Origin: Callorhinchus milii
Taxonomy: Eukaryota
Direction of reading: 5' to 3'
NCBI RefSeq assembly: GCF_018977255.1
Contig: NW_024704742.1
Coordinates: forward strand, 62,746,001 to 62,810,000
Length of the DNA: 64,000 nucleotides
This document shows, piece after piece, positions 13,762 to 25,889 of this stretch. Positions within the stretch are counted from its first letter, which is position 1. Every line of letters begins with the position of its first letter. The position numbers and the translations under genes are program-made. The notes under the pieces were generated by a model. It saw nothing but the letters and a program-made list of their open reading frames with translations, was not told the origin of the DNA and made no database searches.

Positions 13762-15310
13762 TGGTGTTCTGTAGCTTAGTGGTTAGATCACTCACCTCGC
13801 AAACGAGAGGACATGGGTTCGATTCCCAGGCAAGGCAAAATGTTGGGCAAGTTTTTTACTCCACACTCCTCTGTTTATGTGGCAGTAAGTAGGAATCTGA
13901 TTTTTAATTAGTTAGGGGATCGCATTTCTGGAGGCAATAGTGCCTTTTTAAAAAAATATGGTTAATCAATCCATGACTGTTTGTGGGATACTGCTGTGTG
14001 CAATTGGCTGCCATGTTTCGCCCACAAAATATCCAGTCAGTTCACTTTAAAGTATATTAAGGGAAGTGCTTTGAGACACCTCAAAGATGTGGTAAGGGAT
14101 ATATCATAGAATCATAGAATCGTACAGCACAAAAAGAGGCCATTCGGCCCATCGAGTTTGTGCCGGCTCTTTGAAAAGAGCAATGTAATGTCAATCCCAC
14201 TCCCCAGCCCTTTCCCTATAACCCTGCAAACACGTCCTCCTCAAATACCCGTCACCGCGTTTTTAAAAGTAGTTATCGAATCGGCTTCGAACACCCTTTC
14301 AGGCAATGGGTTCCAGATTTGAACAACTCGCTAAGTGAAAACATTTCTTCTCACCTGCTTCTTTTAGAGACTATTTTGAATCTGTGACCTCGAGTTACCG
14401 ACACACCCACCAGTGGAAACAGTTTTTCCCTTTCTAATGTATCAAATCCCCTCATGATTTTGAAGACCTCTATTAGGTCTCCTCGTAACCTTCTCTGCTC
14501 CAATGAGAATAATCCTAACCTCTCGTGCCTTTCCTCATAATCAAGGTCCCTCATTCCTGGTACCATCCTCGTAAATCTCCTCTGCACCCTTTCCAATGCC
14601 TTAACATCCTTCCTATAGTGTGGTGCCCAGAACTGGGCGCAGTATTCTAACTGAGGCCTAACCAGTGTTTTATATAGGTTAAGCATAACCTCCTGACTCT
14701 TGTCCTCTATGCCCTTATTTATAAAGCCTTGTATCCCATACTCCCTTTAACCGCTTTATCTACCTGTCCTGCCACCTTCAAGGATTTATTTACCTGAACA
14801 CTCAGGTCTCTCTGTTCTTTTACCCCCCTTAAGATTGTATTACCGGCCTATATTGCCTCCCTTCATTCTTTCTACCAAAATGCATTGCCTCGTATTTCTC
14901 CACATTGAAATTCATCTGCCATATGTCTTCCCATTTTACCATTCTGTCTATGTCTTCCTGCAGTTGGCGCCTATCCTTCTCACTGTTTACTATCCTACCT
15001 AACTATGTGTCGTCCGCAAACTTGGAACTGGTACTTACTATACCCAAGTCCAGATCATTTATATATATTAAGAAGAGCAGTTGTCCTAATACCGATCCCT
15101 GGGGGATGCCACTGTACACTTCCCTCCAATCAGAAAAGCAGCCATCCACCACAATTCACTGCTTTCTGTCTCCCAGCCAGTTCTGGATCCATGCTGCCAC
15201 TGTCCGTTTTATACCATGGGCTTCTATCTTTCTTACAAGTCTTTCATGTGGCATTTTGTCAAATGATATGGTAAGGGCTATATCAAATGCAAGGATTATT
15301 ATTATTATTA
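13762..15310 (+). mobile_element. SINE family A (long form) split by CR1 at 14107-15264
   Basis: Head GTAGCTTAGTGGTTAGA ... GGTTCGATTCC; tail resumes at 15265. Confidence 0.85.
14107..15264 (-). mobile_element. CR1 LINE 3' fragment with 21-bp target-site duplication
   Basis: LYKTLVRPQLEYCAQFWAPH, RRLRGDLIEVFKI; (TTCTATGA)n tail; flanks GATGTGGTAAGGGATATATCA and GATATGGTAAGGGCTATATCA. Confidence 0.95.
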
Positions 15311-15349
15311 TGTAGCACCCTTCAGGCAGGATAGTGGTTGGAATGTGAA

Positions 15350-15520
15350 TTTACACATGGTGCCCTGATCATCTTATTATTTAATGGTATAAAAGATGTT
15401 TTGAGGAATTTTTGGACTTGATTTGATAATGAAATTCTGATGTATTATTTTCAATAATGCATCTGAATTATTGAAAATCCACTGACGTTTCTTTTGACTG
15501 AAACAGAGGATGTCATTGGT
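15350..15520 (-). pseudogene. Candidate exon of relic gene
   Basis: Acceptor tttgatcttgttctacacaag|ACC; TNDILCFSQKKRQWIFNNSDALLKIIHQNFIIKSSPKIPQNIFYTIK*. Confidence 0.4.
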
Positions 15521-16959
15521 CTTGTGTAGAACAAGATCAAAATGAGTAGATTACACATGCCCATGCTAACCAATTTGCCCACAATGGTTAATTTACTGCC
15601 CAAATGATGAAAGTAGCTTTCCTTTACAAGTTTACTTAAACACCACATGTATTACATAACTACTCCATGACATATACCACACCCGGGCACTATGAAGATG
15701 TGTGATCTGAGTTGCAATCTGTGCTTCCTACATTTGAACTACATTTCTTGTCAGTGATAATTCATAAATAATTAATGAATGTGCCATATTACAAACCTTC
15801 ACTCAATCTGAACCAAACTGGAATTGACATAATGGCTAAAGTGCAGCACTCGATGAGCACTCTATAGCAAAACATCAGTGGGTGTCAGGACATTGTGCAC
15901 GTTTGTCAGCACAGTAACCTTAATTTCTCTTCATTTCTGCCATCGACACAATTGTTGCGGTCAGACTGGCACCATTCCAACTGCACTTGAGGTTTGCTTC
16001 TAAATTACCACAGTAGACCCTGGTAATTTATTTGGGAAGGATGGTTGCTATGAGCAACAATATTATTTGACTAGAAATAGAACCCTGTAAATGTTAGATT
16101 TCTTCCAAACTAAATTGCAGATTTACAAAGAATGTACGGCACAGTAACAGGCCACTTGACCCAAACAGTTTGTGCCAGTGTTTACCCATACTCCCTATCG
16201 TTCCAAGGACACCATTCAATTTCAGCAAGTCTGCATATACCTCACACTTTGCTCTACCCCCACCCCAGATAAGTGGTTCTCAGAGTTAAAAGGGAAGAGT
16301 GGGCGACAAACATCCCAATGTGCATTCATCAACAACAATAAATTATATTTGTACAGCACCCTTCAAGCTGGGAGGATGTCCCGGGGTGTTCAGAGAAGAC
16401 TATGAGCTCAAAGTTCTGATGTGGAGCTTGAACCCAGAAACTTCTGAGAGCTACCAAGTGAGCCAGGCTGATACCCTGATGAATTAATATCTATGCATTA
16501 TTGTAAAACTTCTCAGTGAAAACAACTTGAGGGATCTGGTAAGCAAGGGGTATTATCAAATATTCTCTCTCCCTGCAAATGAGATTCTCTTTTTTTAATA
16601 TACTCATAATTTTATTAGATTTTTCAACAGGCAGCAACAATAACCCAAAACTATGTTACAAACGTCTGAGAGCGTAAACCCCTAGGATAAACCAAATAGT
16701 GTTACCGTACAAAGTTGATATCGAATTACAGGATCTGTCAGATTGGGAGTGAGAGAAGACAAAAGAGAGAATCTAGCCCTCGTCCTATGCTGTATTAATA
16801 TAAGATCTTTAGCAATAAACAAACTGGTCTATAAAGGGGAGGGAAATGGGGGAGGTGGGAGAGGGTGAATAATAATAATAATCTGTGCAAAACACAAAAT
16901 ACTGCAGATGCTGGAATCTGAAACAAAAACAGAAGTTGCTGGGAACGCCCTTGAAAAAG

Positions 16960-17142
16960 AAAATTTTTAATTTTCTTTTTGAAGGGATTATTACTCCCGG
17001 AAAAGCGATCCACCAATCAACTAACAAGTGGGTTCCTAAGTGTGGACTAAGGATACTTGCCTAACTTTTCACCCTGCCCGGGAATCAAACCCAGGTCCTC
17101 TCGCTTGTGAGGTGAGTGTTCTAACCAATGCACTACAGGACA
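16960..17142 (-). mobile_element. SINE family A, partial
   Basis: Head and part of the central domain. Confidence 0.7.
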
Positions 17143-17350
17143 AGATAATTGTGAGATGGGGGGAGCAGGGAAAGGATTGTAATAGCTGGTTGATTTACTG
17201 ATTTAAACAGTGTATCTAATGCAGACAGTGGGATTAAATTTAAACCACTTGTGACTGCAGTATGTGACAGCAATAAAAATTGACAAACTAGATCTTTGGC
17301 TCATACCAGAAATGACGAGTACTTTAAGTTTATATTCCGCAGCCACTCAC

Positions 17351-17562
17351 CTGTGACACCTTAGTTATTGCCAGTGACGGTAACCGGCTTTGCAAAAAGC
17401 AAAAATGGCCTCTTTTCGGTCTCTGCCTGCAACAACAATCCCTCCGGCTCCATATATTTGAATGGGTTTGCAAAACATGTCACTTTCGGTCTGATAAAGA
17501 AACCTCTCACTGTTTCTAGCGTGTTTGATTTGTGTAAGTGCAGCCTCAGCTGCTGATTCAAC
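17351..17562 (-). pseudogene. 212-bp exon of relic gene
   Basis: Acceptor caattttag|GTT; consensus donor CACAG|GTGAGT; VESAAEAALTQIKHARNSERFLYQTESDMFCKPIQIYGAGGIVVAGRDRKEAIFAF then an apparent 1-bp frameshift. Confidence 0.7.
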
Positions 17563-17894
17563 CTAAAATTGTTCTTTAATAATGGAGCCAGCGTAAGATC
17601 AATTGCAGTCAGATGCTGGAACAAAAGTTCACAACTAGCTGCTTAATTCAACAATAATAATAATTTTGTATTTAAATGGCACCCTTCATATGGGTAGAAT
17701 CAAGCAGCGCTTAATAGATCCATTTTGGCTTGACACTGAGCCAGAAATGCAGGGAAGGGGGAGGCACGGTTGAAGAGAAAAGTCTTCAGGTGCGACTTGA
17801 AGATGGGCAGATACAGTATATCCTATGAAGCACTCTGAGTCACCCTTTTGACATGGAAGGCTCTATAACAAACGTGAGGATTATTATTGTTATT

Positions 17895-18217
17895 ATTATA
17901 ATAAATAATATTAATAATCTTTGCATTTGATATAGCGCTTTTCACGTCTTCTAGACGTCTCAAAGCGCTTCACAGAATATACTGTAAAGTGAATTGACTG
18001 TATATTTGTGGGTGTAATGCGGCAGCTAATTGCACACAGCAGTGTCCTACAAACAGTCATGGATTGAGTGACCAAATTATTATTGTTTTTTTCTTGAGGG
18101 ATTATTATCAGGCGTGTGGAGTAAGGAAATTTGCCCAAGGTTTTGCCCTGCCGGGAATCAAACCCAGGTCTCTCGCTTGAGAGGCAAGTGCTCTAACCAC
18201 TGAGTTACAGGACTCCT
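17895..18217 (-). mobile_element. SINE family A (short form)
   Basis: Complete head to (ATT)n tail. Confidence 0.87.
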
Positions 18218-19221
18218 TATAATTTACTAACTTTCCTCCATTGTGTTTTGTCACAGTTTTCATTGACAACCCACAGCTATTTTTGTATAATTTGGGTAGA
18301 TTCTGTATTCGTCATTACAAGAGCACAGGTCCTGGAAATGTGCCTGAAAGCAGGCGAATCTGCACTGCCTGTTCCACAACACTTCCATCAATTTAGCTCG
18401 TGGACAGCTGGCTTCCATCTTTAACTGGCCACAAAAATAAAGAGATGTCATCAACTTCCTTCTATCTAGTTAACCAAGGAAGGCAACTGAGGCTTCACTG
18501 CTCATGGCTTTTTTTGTTCATCAGGTGGGTATCTTACACACGTGGAAACCAAACTAAATCAAATTGCTTAAGAGTATCCAAACAAGATTAAGAGTTCCAC
18601 GTGTACATATATGCGGCACACGTAGAAATGGAATACACACTCTCTACCTGAAAGGCCACACTCTGCTTACCTAATTCCAGAAAGCATTAAGTGCAGGTTG
18701 GGAATAGCCAAGGCTCAGGGACCCCAGAATGTGCATTGCAAGATTCCTGAAGTTTAACCCCTCACAACCACACACACACACACAGAAGGAAGATAGTCAT
18801 GAGTAAATTATTTTACATCCAATAAGCACAAGTTTGTGCCTAGGTGGAATACAGGTATCAGGAAATTCCTGTGAGTTTTCTGGTGAGCAGCTCAGTTCAT
18901 GATTTTAATCTTAAAACAATTTTAAGATTGTGCAAAATTTTGGAAAATTCAGTCTTCATTTAGAAACTGTTTTCCTATAGTCTGAACCTCTCAATTCTAG
19001 AGTTGTCTTCAAAACTCTTTTATAAACCTATCTAATTAACAATGGGAAACATTCTACATTATCCCCTCCTTTCATCCCTGTTCGGGAATCTTTCTGCAGT
19101 TCTTCAAGATGCCTTTCCTATGTGAACAGTGCTGTGTAAATGCAAATTGTAGCAATTTCTCTACACGTGCGCATTCCCACCGTCATTGTAAGATCTTGCT
19201 TTAAACACGTACTGTGATTAC

Positions 19222-19433
19222 CTGCTTATCTTGACGGGGATCTGGTCTGTGCAGGTTTAGGAGGGCGTTTTGGAAATGATCGAGGGACATGTGTAAATAT
19301 ATGTTCTTGTTGTATCATCGAACATGAAGACATTAAAGAGCCCACAGGAGAGAGCAGCTTGAGGAACACTTCCAACGCTTGCACTGCCAACCTCAGCTCT
19401 TTACTCCCGGCGGCTGACTCAGATTGGCAGAAA
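19222..19433 (-). pseudogene. 212-bp exon of relic gene (phase 1-0, internally disrupted)
   Basis: Acceptor cctttgctctttcccccaag|TT; donor AAGCAG|GTAATC; contains KELRLAVQALEVFLKLLSPVG (shifted frame) and LDHFQNALLNLHRPDPRQDKQ. Confidence 0.65.
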
Positions 19434-20619
19434 CTTGGGGGAAAGAGCAAAGGTCGATAACATAAAAGCACAGTTTGCGCCTTGTTAACCCTGATCGGCA
19501 ACAATAAAACCTTTGATTTATTTTTGATGTGAGGTGATGCAGAAAAAATAGTTCCCAGCAAATAACACTGTATAGACGATTTGTATTATTTTTTCTTTCT
19601 TTTTGTTACTCACAGCAAAACACATAATTCAGAATTATCTGTTTTCCAGGGAACATTAAGAGTCCGTATGATACTATTCCAAGAGAGAAGGGAATTTCTC
19701 CCCATGTCCTGGCCAATGATCCATTAAATTAGTTGGCCATTTATCTCATGGTTGTTCAAAGGACCTTGCTGATGTGAATGTTTGCCACTTGACAGTAACT
19801 ACTTGTAAACCTTTTTGTGACCTGAGAAAGTGTTATAAAAATGTGAGTTATTTTGTTCCACTTATGTGCTCAGCAGTTTAAGGCTACCTAATCTCAGTCT
19901 ATAAGATCATTTTGTCTACAAGTTTTTGCGTAGAATTGTGAAAGCTCTTCAATTCAGTTTTAGTTTCGAAGCCGGTACTTTTTAAGAATTGCAGAAAGCT
20001 AGCTTCCAGATTACAACTACTTTGCATTTTATACAGCGCCTTTCACGCTGGGAGGATGTCACAAAGCAATTCACAGAGCCAACTGGGAGCCCGACGTGGG
20101 GCTTGAACCTACAACCTTCTGCCTCAGAGGTGAGAGTGCTGCCGATAGAACCTGCCTGAAATCTTGGCTGGAGAACTATTAAGATTAGTTGTCAATACTT
20201 ATTAATGAGAGAGCAATCATCAATACATCAGCACATGAAGGAGGCGCGTGATGTGCTGGATGAATGAGTTTGATCAATTAACTGATTACTTTTCTGTGAA
20301 TTGAATCTGTTAAACAATAACTCCTCAATCCCATTGTTGCCAGGACAACCACACTCATATTTTTACTCTGATCTTGTTCTTTAGGAGTTGCTTGTTCATC
20401 TTCACAGTACCACAAGCATTACTGAAATACACTTTTAATGTTGACTTTAGCAACTGGATGGTGAGTATATATATTGGCAGAGAAGTGCCACACAAATGAT
20501 CCTGGGCTTACAAGTCGACAGCGCTCTGGTCAGGGCTCCAGATTTCAATTTTTCACTTCACTAATTGATAGACTCTACTATTATGGAATTAAGCTGCTGG
20601 CACAGCCACATCTAATCCC

Positions 20620-20775
20620 TGACCAGGACTGCCTTCCACTTCCGCCATACTATCCACTTCCGACCATACTTAACCCGAAACACAGCCGAAACCCTCGTGC
20701 ATGAATTTGTCACCTCCCACCTGAATCACTCAAACGCACTCCTTGCCAATCAAAAAATCCAGCTCATTCAGAACT
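20620..20775 (+). mobile_element. L2 fragment, 5' side of the CR1 insertion
   Basis: Ends AAAATCCAGCTCATTCAGAACT, the same text as the uninterrupted copy near 36975. Confidence 0.7.
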
Positions 20776-22660
20776 AGAAGTGAAAAAGGAATAAGAGGGG
20801 AAAAAGATTATACGAAAAAGGATTAGCGGGTAACATTAAAGGGAATTCTAAAATATTTTACAAACATATCAAGAAAAAAAGGCTAGTCAAAGGTAGGGTG
20901 GGGCCAATTAAGGACCAAGAGGGAAATCGTATTGTGGAGGCAGAGGGCATGGCTGATGTGCTGAATGAGTACTTTGCATCTGTCTTCATAAAATAAGTGG
21001 ATGCACCAAATGCCGCAGTATCGGAGGAGAGGATAGAGGAAATGGATAGGATAAGTATAAACAGAGAGGAAGTACTGAAAAGGTTGACTGCACTGAAGGC
21101 AGATAAGTCGCTCGGTCCTGACAGGATGCAACTAAGATTACTATGGGAAGCATGGGTACAAATAGCAGAGGCTTTGGCTACAATTTTTCAATCTTCGTTG
21201 GACACAGGAGTGGTGCCAGAGGACTGGAGAGTGGCCGATGTGACTCCCCTGTACAAAAGGGACAGAAGGACAAACCTGAGAACTACAGGCCAGTCAGCTT
21301 AACATCAGGAGTGGGGAAACTCCTGGAGACTATAATCCGGGACGGAATAAATTTTCACTTAGAAGAATATGGGTTAATTAGGAACAGCCCAAATGGATTT
21401 GTTAAAGGCAAATCTTGTCTAACAAATCTAATAGAATTTTTCGATGAGGTAACGGAAAGGGTAGTGCAGTAGATGTAGTTTATATGGACTTTCAAAAGGC
21501 ATTTGACAAAGTGCCACATGAAAGACTTGTAAGAAAGATAGAAGCCCATGGTATAAAAGGGACAGTGGCAGCATGGATCGAGAACTGACTGGGAGACAGA
21601 AAGCAGAGAGTTATGGTGAATGGCTGCTTTTCTGACTGGAGGGAAGTGTACAGTGGCGTCCCCCAGGGATCGGTATTGGGACCACTGCTCTTCTTAATAT
21701 ACATAAATGATCTGGACTTGGGTGTAGTAAGTACCATTTCCAAGTTTGCGGACGACACAAAGTTAGGTAGGGTAGTAAACTGTGAGAAGGTTATGCGCCA
21801 ATTGCAGGAAGACATAGACAGAATGGTAAAATGGGAAGACGTATGGCAGATGAATTTCAATGTGGAGAAATACGAGGTAATGTATTTTGGTAGAAAGAAT
21901 GAGGGAAGGTAATATAGGCCGGTAATACAATCGTAAGGGGGGGGTGAAGGAACAGAGAGACCTGGGGGTGCAGGTAAATTAATCCTTGAAGGTGGCAGGA
22001 CAGGTAGATAAAGCAGTTAAAGGGCATATGGGATACTAGGCTTTATAAATAGGGGCATAGAGTACAAGAGTCAGGAGGTTATGATTAACCTATATAAAAC
22101 ACTGGTTAGGCCTCAGTTAGAATACTGCGCCAAGTTCTGGGCACCACACTATAGAACCAATGTTAAGGCATTGGAAAGGGTGCAGAGGAGATTTACGAGG
22201 ATGGTACCAGGAATGAGGGACCTTGATAATGAGGAAAAGCTAAAGAGGCTACGATTATTCTCATTGGAGAAGAGAAGGTTACGAGGAGACCTAATAGAGG
22301 GGATTTGATAGGCTAGAAAGGGAAAAACTGTTTCTACTGGTGGGTGTGTCGGTGACTCCAAGTCACAGATTTAAAATCGTCTCTAAAAGAAACAGAGGGG
22401 AGGTGAGAAGAAATATTTTCATGCAGCGAGTTGTTCGAATCTGGAACGCATTGCCTGAAAGGGTGGTCGAGGCCGATCCGAAAACAACTTTTAAAAACGC
22501 GGTGGATGGGTATTTGAGGAGGACAGGTTTGCAGGGTTATGGGGAAAGGGCTGGGGAGTGGGATTGACATTATATTGCTCTTTTCAAAGAGCCAGCACAG
22601 ACTCGATGGGCCGAATGGCCTCTTTTTGTGCTGTACGATTCTATGATTCTATGATTGTAT
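20776..22660 (+). mobile_element. CR1 LINE, 5'-truncated, disrupted ORF2
   Basis: [48 protein letters not shown]; (TTCTATGA)n tail; stops and frameshifts. Confidence 0.95.
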
Positions 22661-22985
22661 GAACTCTGGAGCCTCCATACTGATCAGGACCAAACTCCAT
22701 ACCCACATCGCACCATTTCTGGCCAGGCTCCAATGGCTCCCCATCACCGAATGGATCAACATCAAAATCCTCACGTTCAAATCCATTCACTCCCTGGCAC
22801 CTCCCTACCTCTCCGACCTCCTCACTCTCCAATCCACCACCAGGCAATTTTGCTCAACTGGCACCAGCCTCCTGCTTGTTCCTTGTGCCCTCGGCTCCAA
22901 CATTACGCATTCAGCCACTACACCCCGAAACTCTGGCACACTCTCCCTCAATCCCTCTGCCTTGCCCCCTCTCTCTCCTTATCTA
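22661..22985 (+). mobile_element. L2 fragment, 3' side of the CR1 insertion
   Basis: HIAPFLARLQWLPITEWINIKIL, HSLAPPYLSDLL. Confidence 0.85.
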
Positions 22986-23137
22986 ATGCAGGTGCCGATT
23001 CTGCAAAATTTAACACATTTCTACTTCTCATATTCCCCCAGTTGTAGTCTCAAAGTGATTTATAACAAGGAAGGCAAATACAGTACAGTAATAATGAAAG
23101 ATTCCTCTATTCTTTACATTTAATTTAAATTCCTCAC

Positions 23138-23249
23138 CATTGCTAATAACACTTGCTTTCCTGGAGTTTCTCACATTTTTGAGACTGCTATTTTGTATAG
23201 AGGTGTTTTCTGTGTTGGTTCCAGTTCTCTCTACCAACATCTCAACTGT
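23138..23249 (-). pseudogene. 112-bp open exon of relic gene (phase 0-1)
   Basis: Strong acceptor cctttctttcctttcag|ACA and donor AATG|GTGAGG; TVEMLVERTGTNTENTSIQNSSLKNVRNSRKASVISN. Confidence 0.7.
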
Positions 23250-23734
23250 CTGAAAGGAAAGAAAGGTAACTTATCACATGCAGAGTTTTCTGCTGCACTA
23301 CACAGCACACAATGCTAAATTAGGATGAATGGCGTAGTAACAAATTTCTCATTTCATTTTGTGACCCTTAATAACGGTTGTCATAAAGGTCAGATTTACT
23401 TCTGTTACAAATGGAAGCCTAAGATGTCATGTTTTGCTTCTGACTTACGAGGCCAGAATACAAGCAACTGAAACAGTCTGAGTAAGAGCTGTAACTCTGT
23501 TCAGTTGGGCTCTTCTCCCCAATGTGAGATGCAACATTTAATTCATTATAATCAAGATTAAAAGCTATTCAGAACTGTGCCCCTGGGTCAGACTCTAGCA
23601 GACTGAAGTGTCTTTGCCATTGTCACTTTATTTGTTGGCTATTCTAGTTTGAATCCCATTCTTCATAGAGGGTAAAATGAGCTGCGTGATGTGCTAATTA
23701 GCCTATGACCCATTAAACCTTTTGCTGTCATTGT

Positions 23735-24130
23735 GTCTCAGTTGGTTAACTCTCTTGCCTCAGAGACATAAGTTTGCGAGTTCAAGCTTCTTGTTGAGCC
23801 AGAACTCATAGTTTAGCCTGATACTCCAATGTAGTGTTGGGGGTAGGGTGCTGAATTATTGGAGGTGCTGTCCTTCAGATGAGATGTTAAACCCAAATCC
23901 CATCTGACTGTTCAGGTGGATGTTAAAGAGAAGAGGATTTTTCCCAGTCAACAATCCCTTGAATAAAATTGTTCATTCACTTCATAGCTGTTTGTGGCAC
24001 ATTGTGTACAAATAGGCTGTTGTGTTCACCTACAATAAATAAAGCATTACTTCAACTTACAGTGAATTCTGTGAAACACTTTGAGATGTTCTACTGACGT
24101 GAAAGGCGCTATATTAAGTGTAAGGATTAC
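23735..24130 (+). mobile_element. Deu-domain SINE (family B)
   Basis: tRNA-like head, GTCCTTCAGATGAGATGTTAAAC, shared tail. Confidence 0.78.
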
Positions 24131-24226
24131 TAAAGCAAATTGTTTCAACCTGGATTTTAGTAGAGATGGTAAACCACAAATTCTTTTGAACACTTCTGGC
24201 AAAATCATTGTGACGACTACACTTAC

Positions 24227-24646
24227 CTGTAAGAGATCTTCATAACCATAGGCTCAAACTGTTTTTTTCACCTTCGAAGACCTGCACAAAATAGCCTATC
24301 CTTCTAGTTCTTAGTAGCTCAGATCACTGATAGGTCCTTTCCAAGCCACTTGATGCTATGGAAATAAGGGTAAGTCATGAATAACAGCTTGTGATCCCAA
24401 GATAGTGGGAAAGAGATCACCTGCCCTGTCAGAGAAACTCATTTGATATAGTACTGTTGGTTGCCTTATATTAGGAGTAGTGGAGACATTCAAAATGACA
24501 TCCCTCCAGCATGCAGATCCTCACTGCACAAGTTTTTACCGAGCACCTCCACAAAACAATGCCATTGCACAATATGTTTCAAAGACAAGGCATTTGTATC
24601 CACAACATGCCAGCTCATAGATGAGATATGATGGATCCAGCAAAAC
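24227..24646 (-). pseudogene. 420-bp exon of relic gene (phase 0-0, 6 in-frame stops)
   Basis: Acceptor catcttgatag|GTT; consensus donor TACAG|GTAAGT; VLLDPSYLIYELACCGYKCLVFETYCAMALF ... AYGYEDLLQ. Confidence 0.65.
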
Positions 24647-25419
24647 CTATCAAGATGACTATTGAAATGCTGCATGCTATGAGCTAAGTAAATCCTAACT
24701 CACACAAGTGTGATCTTTAGCATTTAGTTTAGTCTATTTGAAGACATTTCAAAATTCAACTGATTTGAAATCTAGGTATCAACTTGTTCAGAGAGAATGC
24801 AGCGGTGAGCTGTTAAAGCAAATTAATTAATGTAAATCTCATAAATTAACAGAAAATTGGAGCTACTTTTAAGAAATTTTAATTGTTTCACTAGCCAATA
24901 GCATTTTTGTTCAGAATATATATCTTACGTTGACCATAAAGTCTTTCAAGTCTTCCTAAGTAAATTCAGAGTGCAGCGTTTTAATTTTTAACTGTGCCTT
25001 GCAATGGGGACTATTGACTGGTCTTATTTCTTATTTTTGCTATTTGTTGGCAAAGTAACACTAATGTCAACATTTGCAGTTAGATAGTGTTTCCAGTGGC
25101 TTGCTAAATGGTTTAATCTGGTTAAACACCAGCAGTACGCCAACTTGCATTCTGGTGTTCTAAGCGTTGGTCTTGCCACTCTCGGGAATTAGGTAAGCAG
25201 GGTATGTCACTCTAGGGAGAGAGTGCACATTCCATTCTGATCACAGGGAAATGTTCACCCAGTGGCATACACTTGTAGACTAATTTGGATACTCTTAAAC
25301 ACAGTGATGAATTTCTACATGTGTCAGACACCCAACTGACCCAAATAATAAAACATAACTTATTTTAAGAATTGTTTGTAGCACTTGGAAAGTTCACACG
25401 GTGTGCTTTAAAGTTTCTG

Positions 25420-25870
25420 GAATAAAAAAATTTTCTCTTTGAAATAAGTGCACGATATTTGTGAACAGTGGTTTTGTGAATATGGCTGAGTGGAGAACTC
25501 AGCAGTCTGCAAATGCAGTACTGAAGAAGCATGTCTTTTCTCTTGTATTAGCCAGTAGAAACTGCAGACATTTCCTTATGCTCTAGGTTCTGCAATCTGC
25601 TGAGTAGATGCACGTTAACACCTTCTGTAAATGCGGTTCACTGAAATCTTTATGATCAAAATGTTTTCACCATCTCAGGAACTGCAGCTTTGCCACCTCT
25701 GGGATTACAAATTCTCACCTACAATGAGGTGAGAAGAATGTATTGAGAGTATTTAGTTTTTCGCTTATCAAATATTCCATCATTCCAATATATTCTCTGT
25801 CCTCTGTGGATTTCCACAATGACTGCTGTCTTTCCTACAGTGTGCTGACCGTGTCCTGGTCCCTTTTTGC
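25420..25870 (-). pseudogene. Exon of relic gene with in-frame stops
   Basis: Single frame QSLWKSTEDREYIGMMEYLISEKLNTLNTFFSPHCR*EFVIPEVAKLQFLRW*KHFDHKDFSEPHLQKVLTCIYSADCRT*SIRKCLQFLLANTREK; boundaries uncertain. Confidence 0.5.
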
Positions 25871-25889
25871 ATTTAAATGGTTATAATAC

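Noticed and set aside
17400..17562. Carnosine synthase or biotin carboxylase similarity (VESAAEAAL, VAGRDRKEAI)
   Set aside because: Only short generic matches; no ATP-grasp motifs in the other exons.
24490..24675. GREB1-like motif (WHVVD...LSLKHIVQ) in the listed ORF
   Set aside because: It is not the frame defined by the splice phases, and no other exon resembles GREB1.
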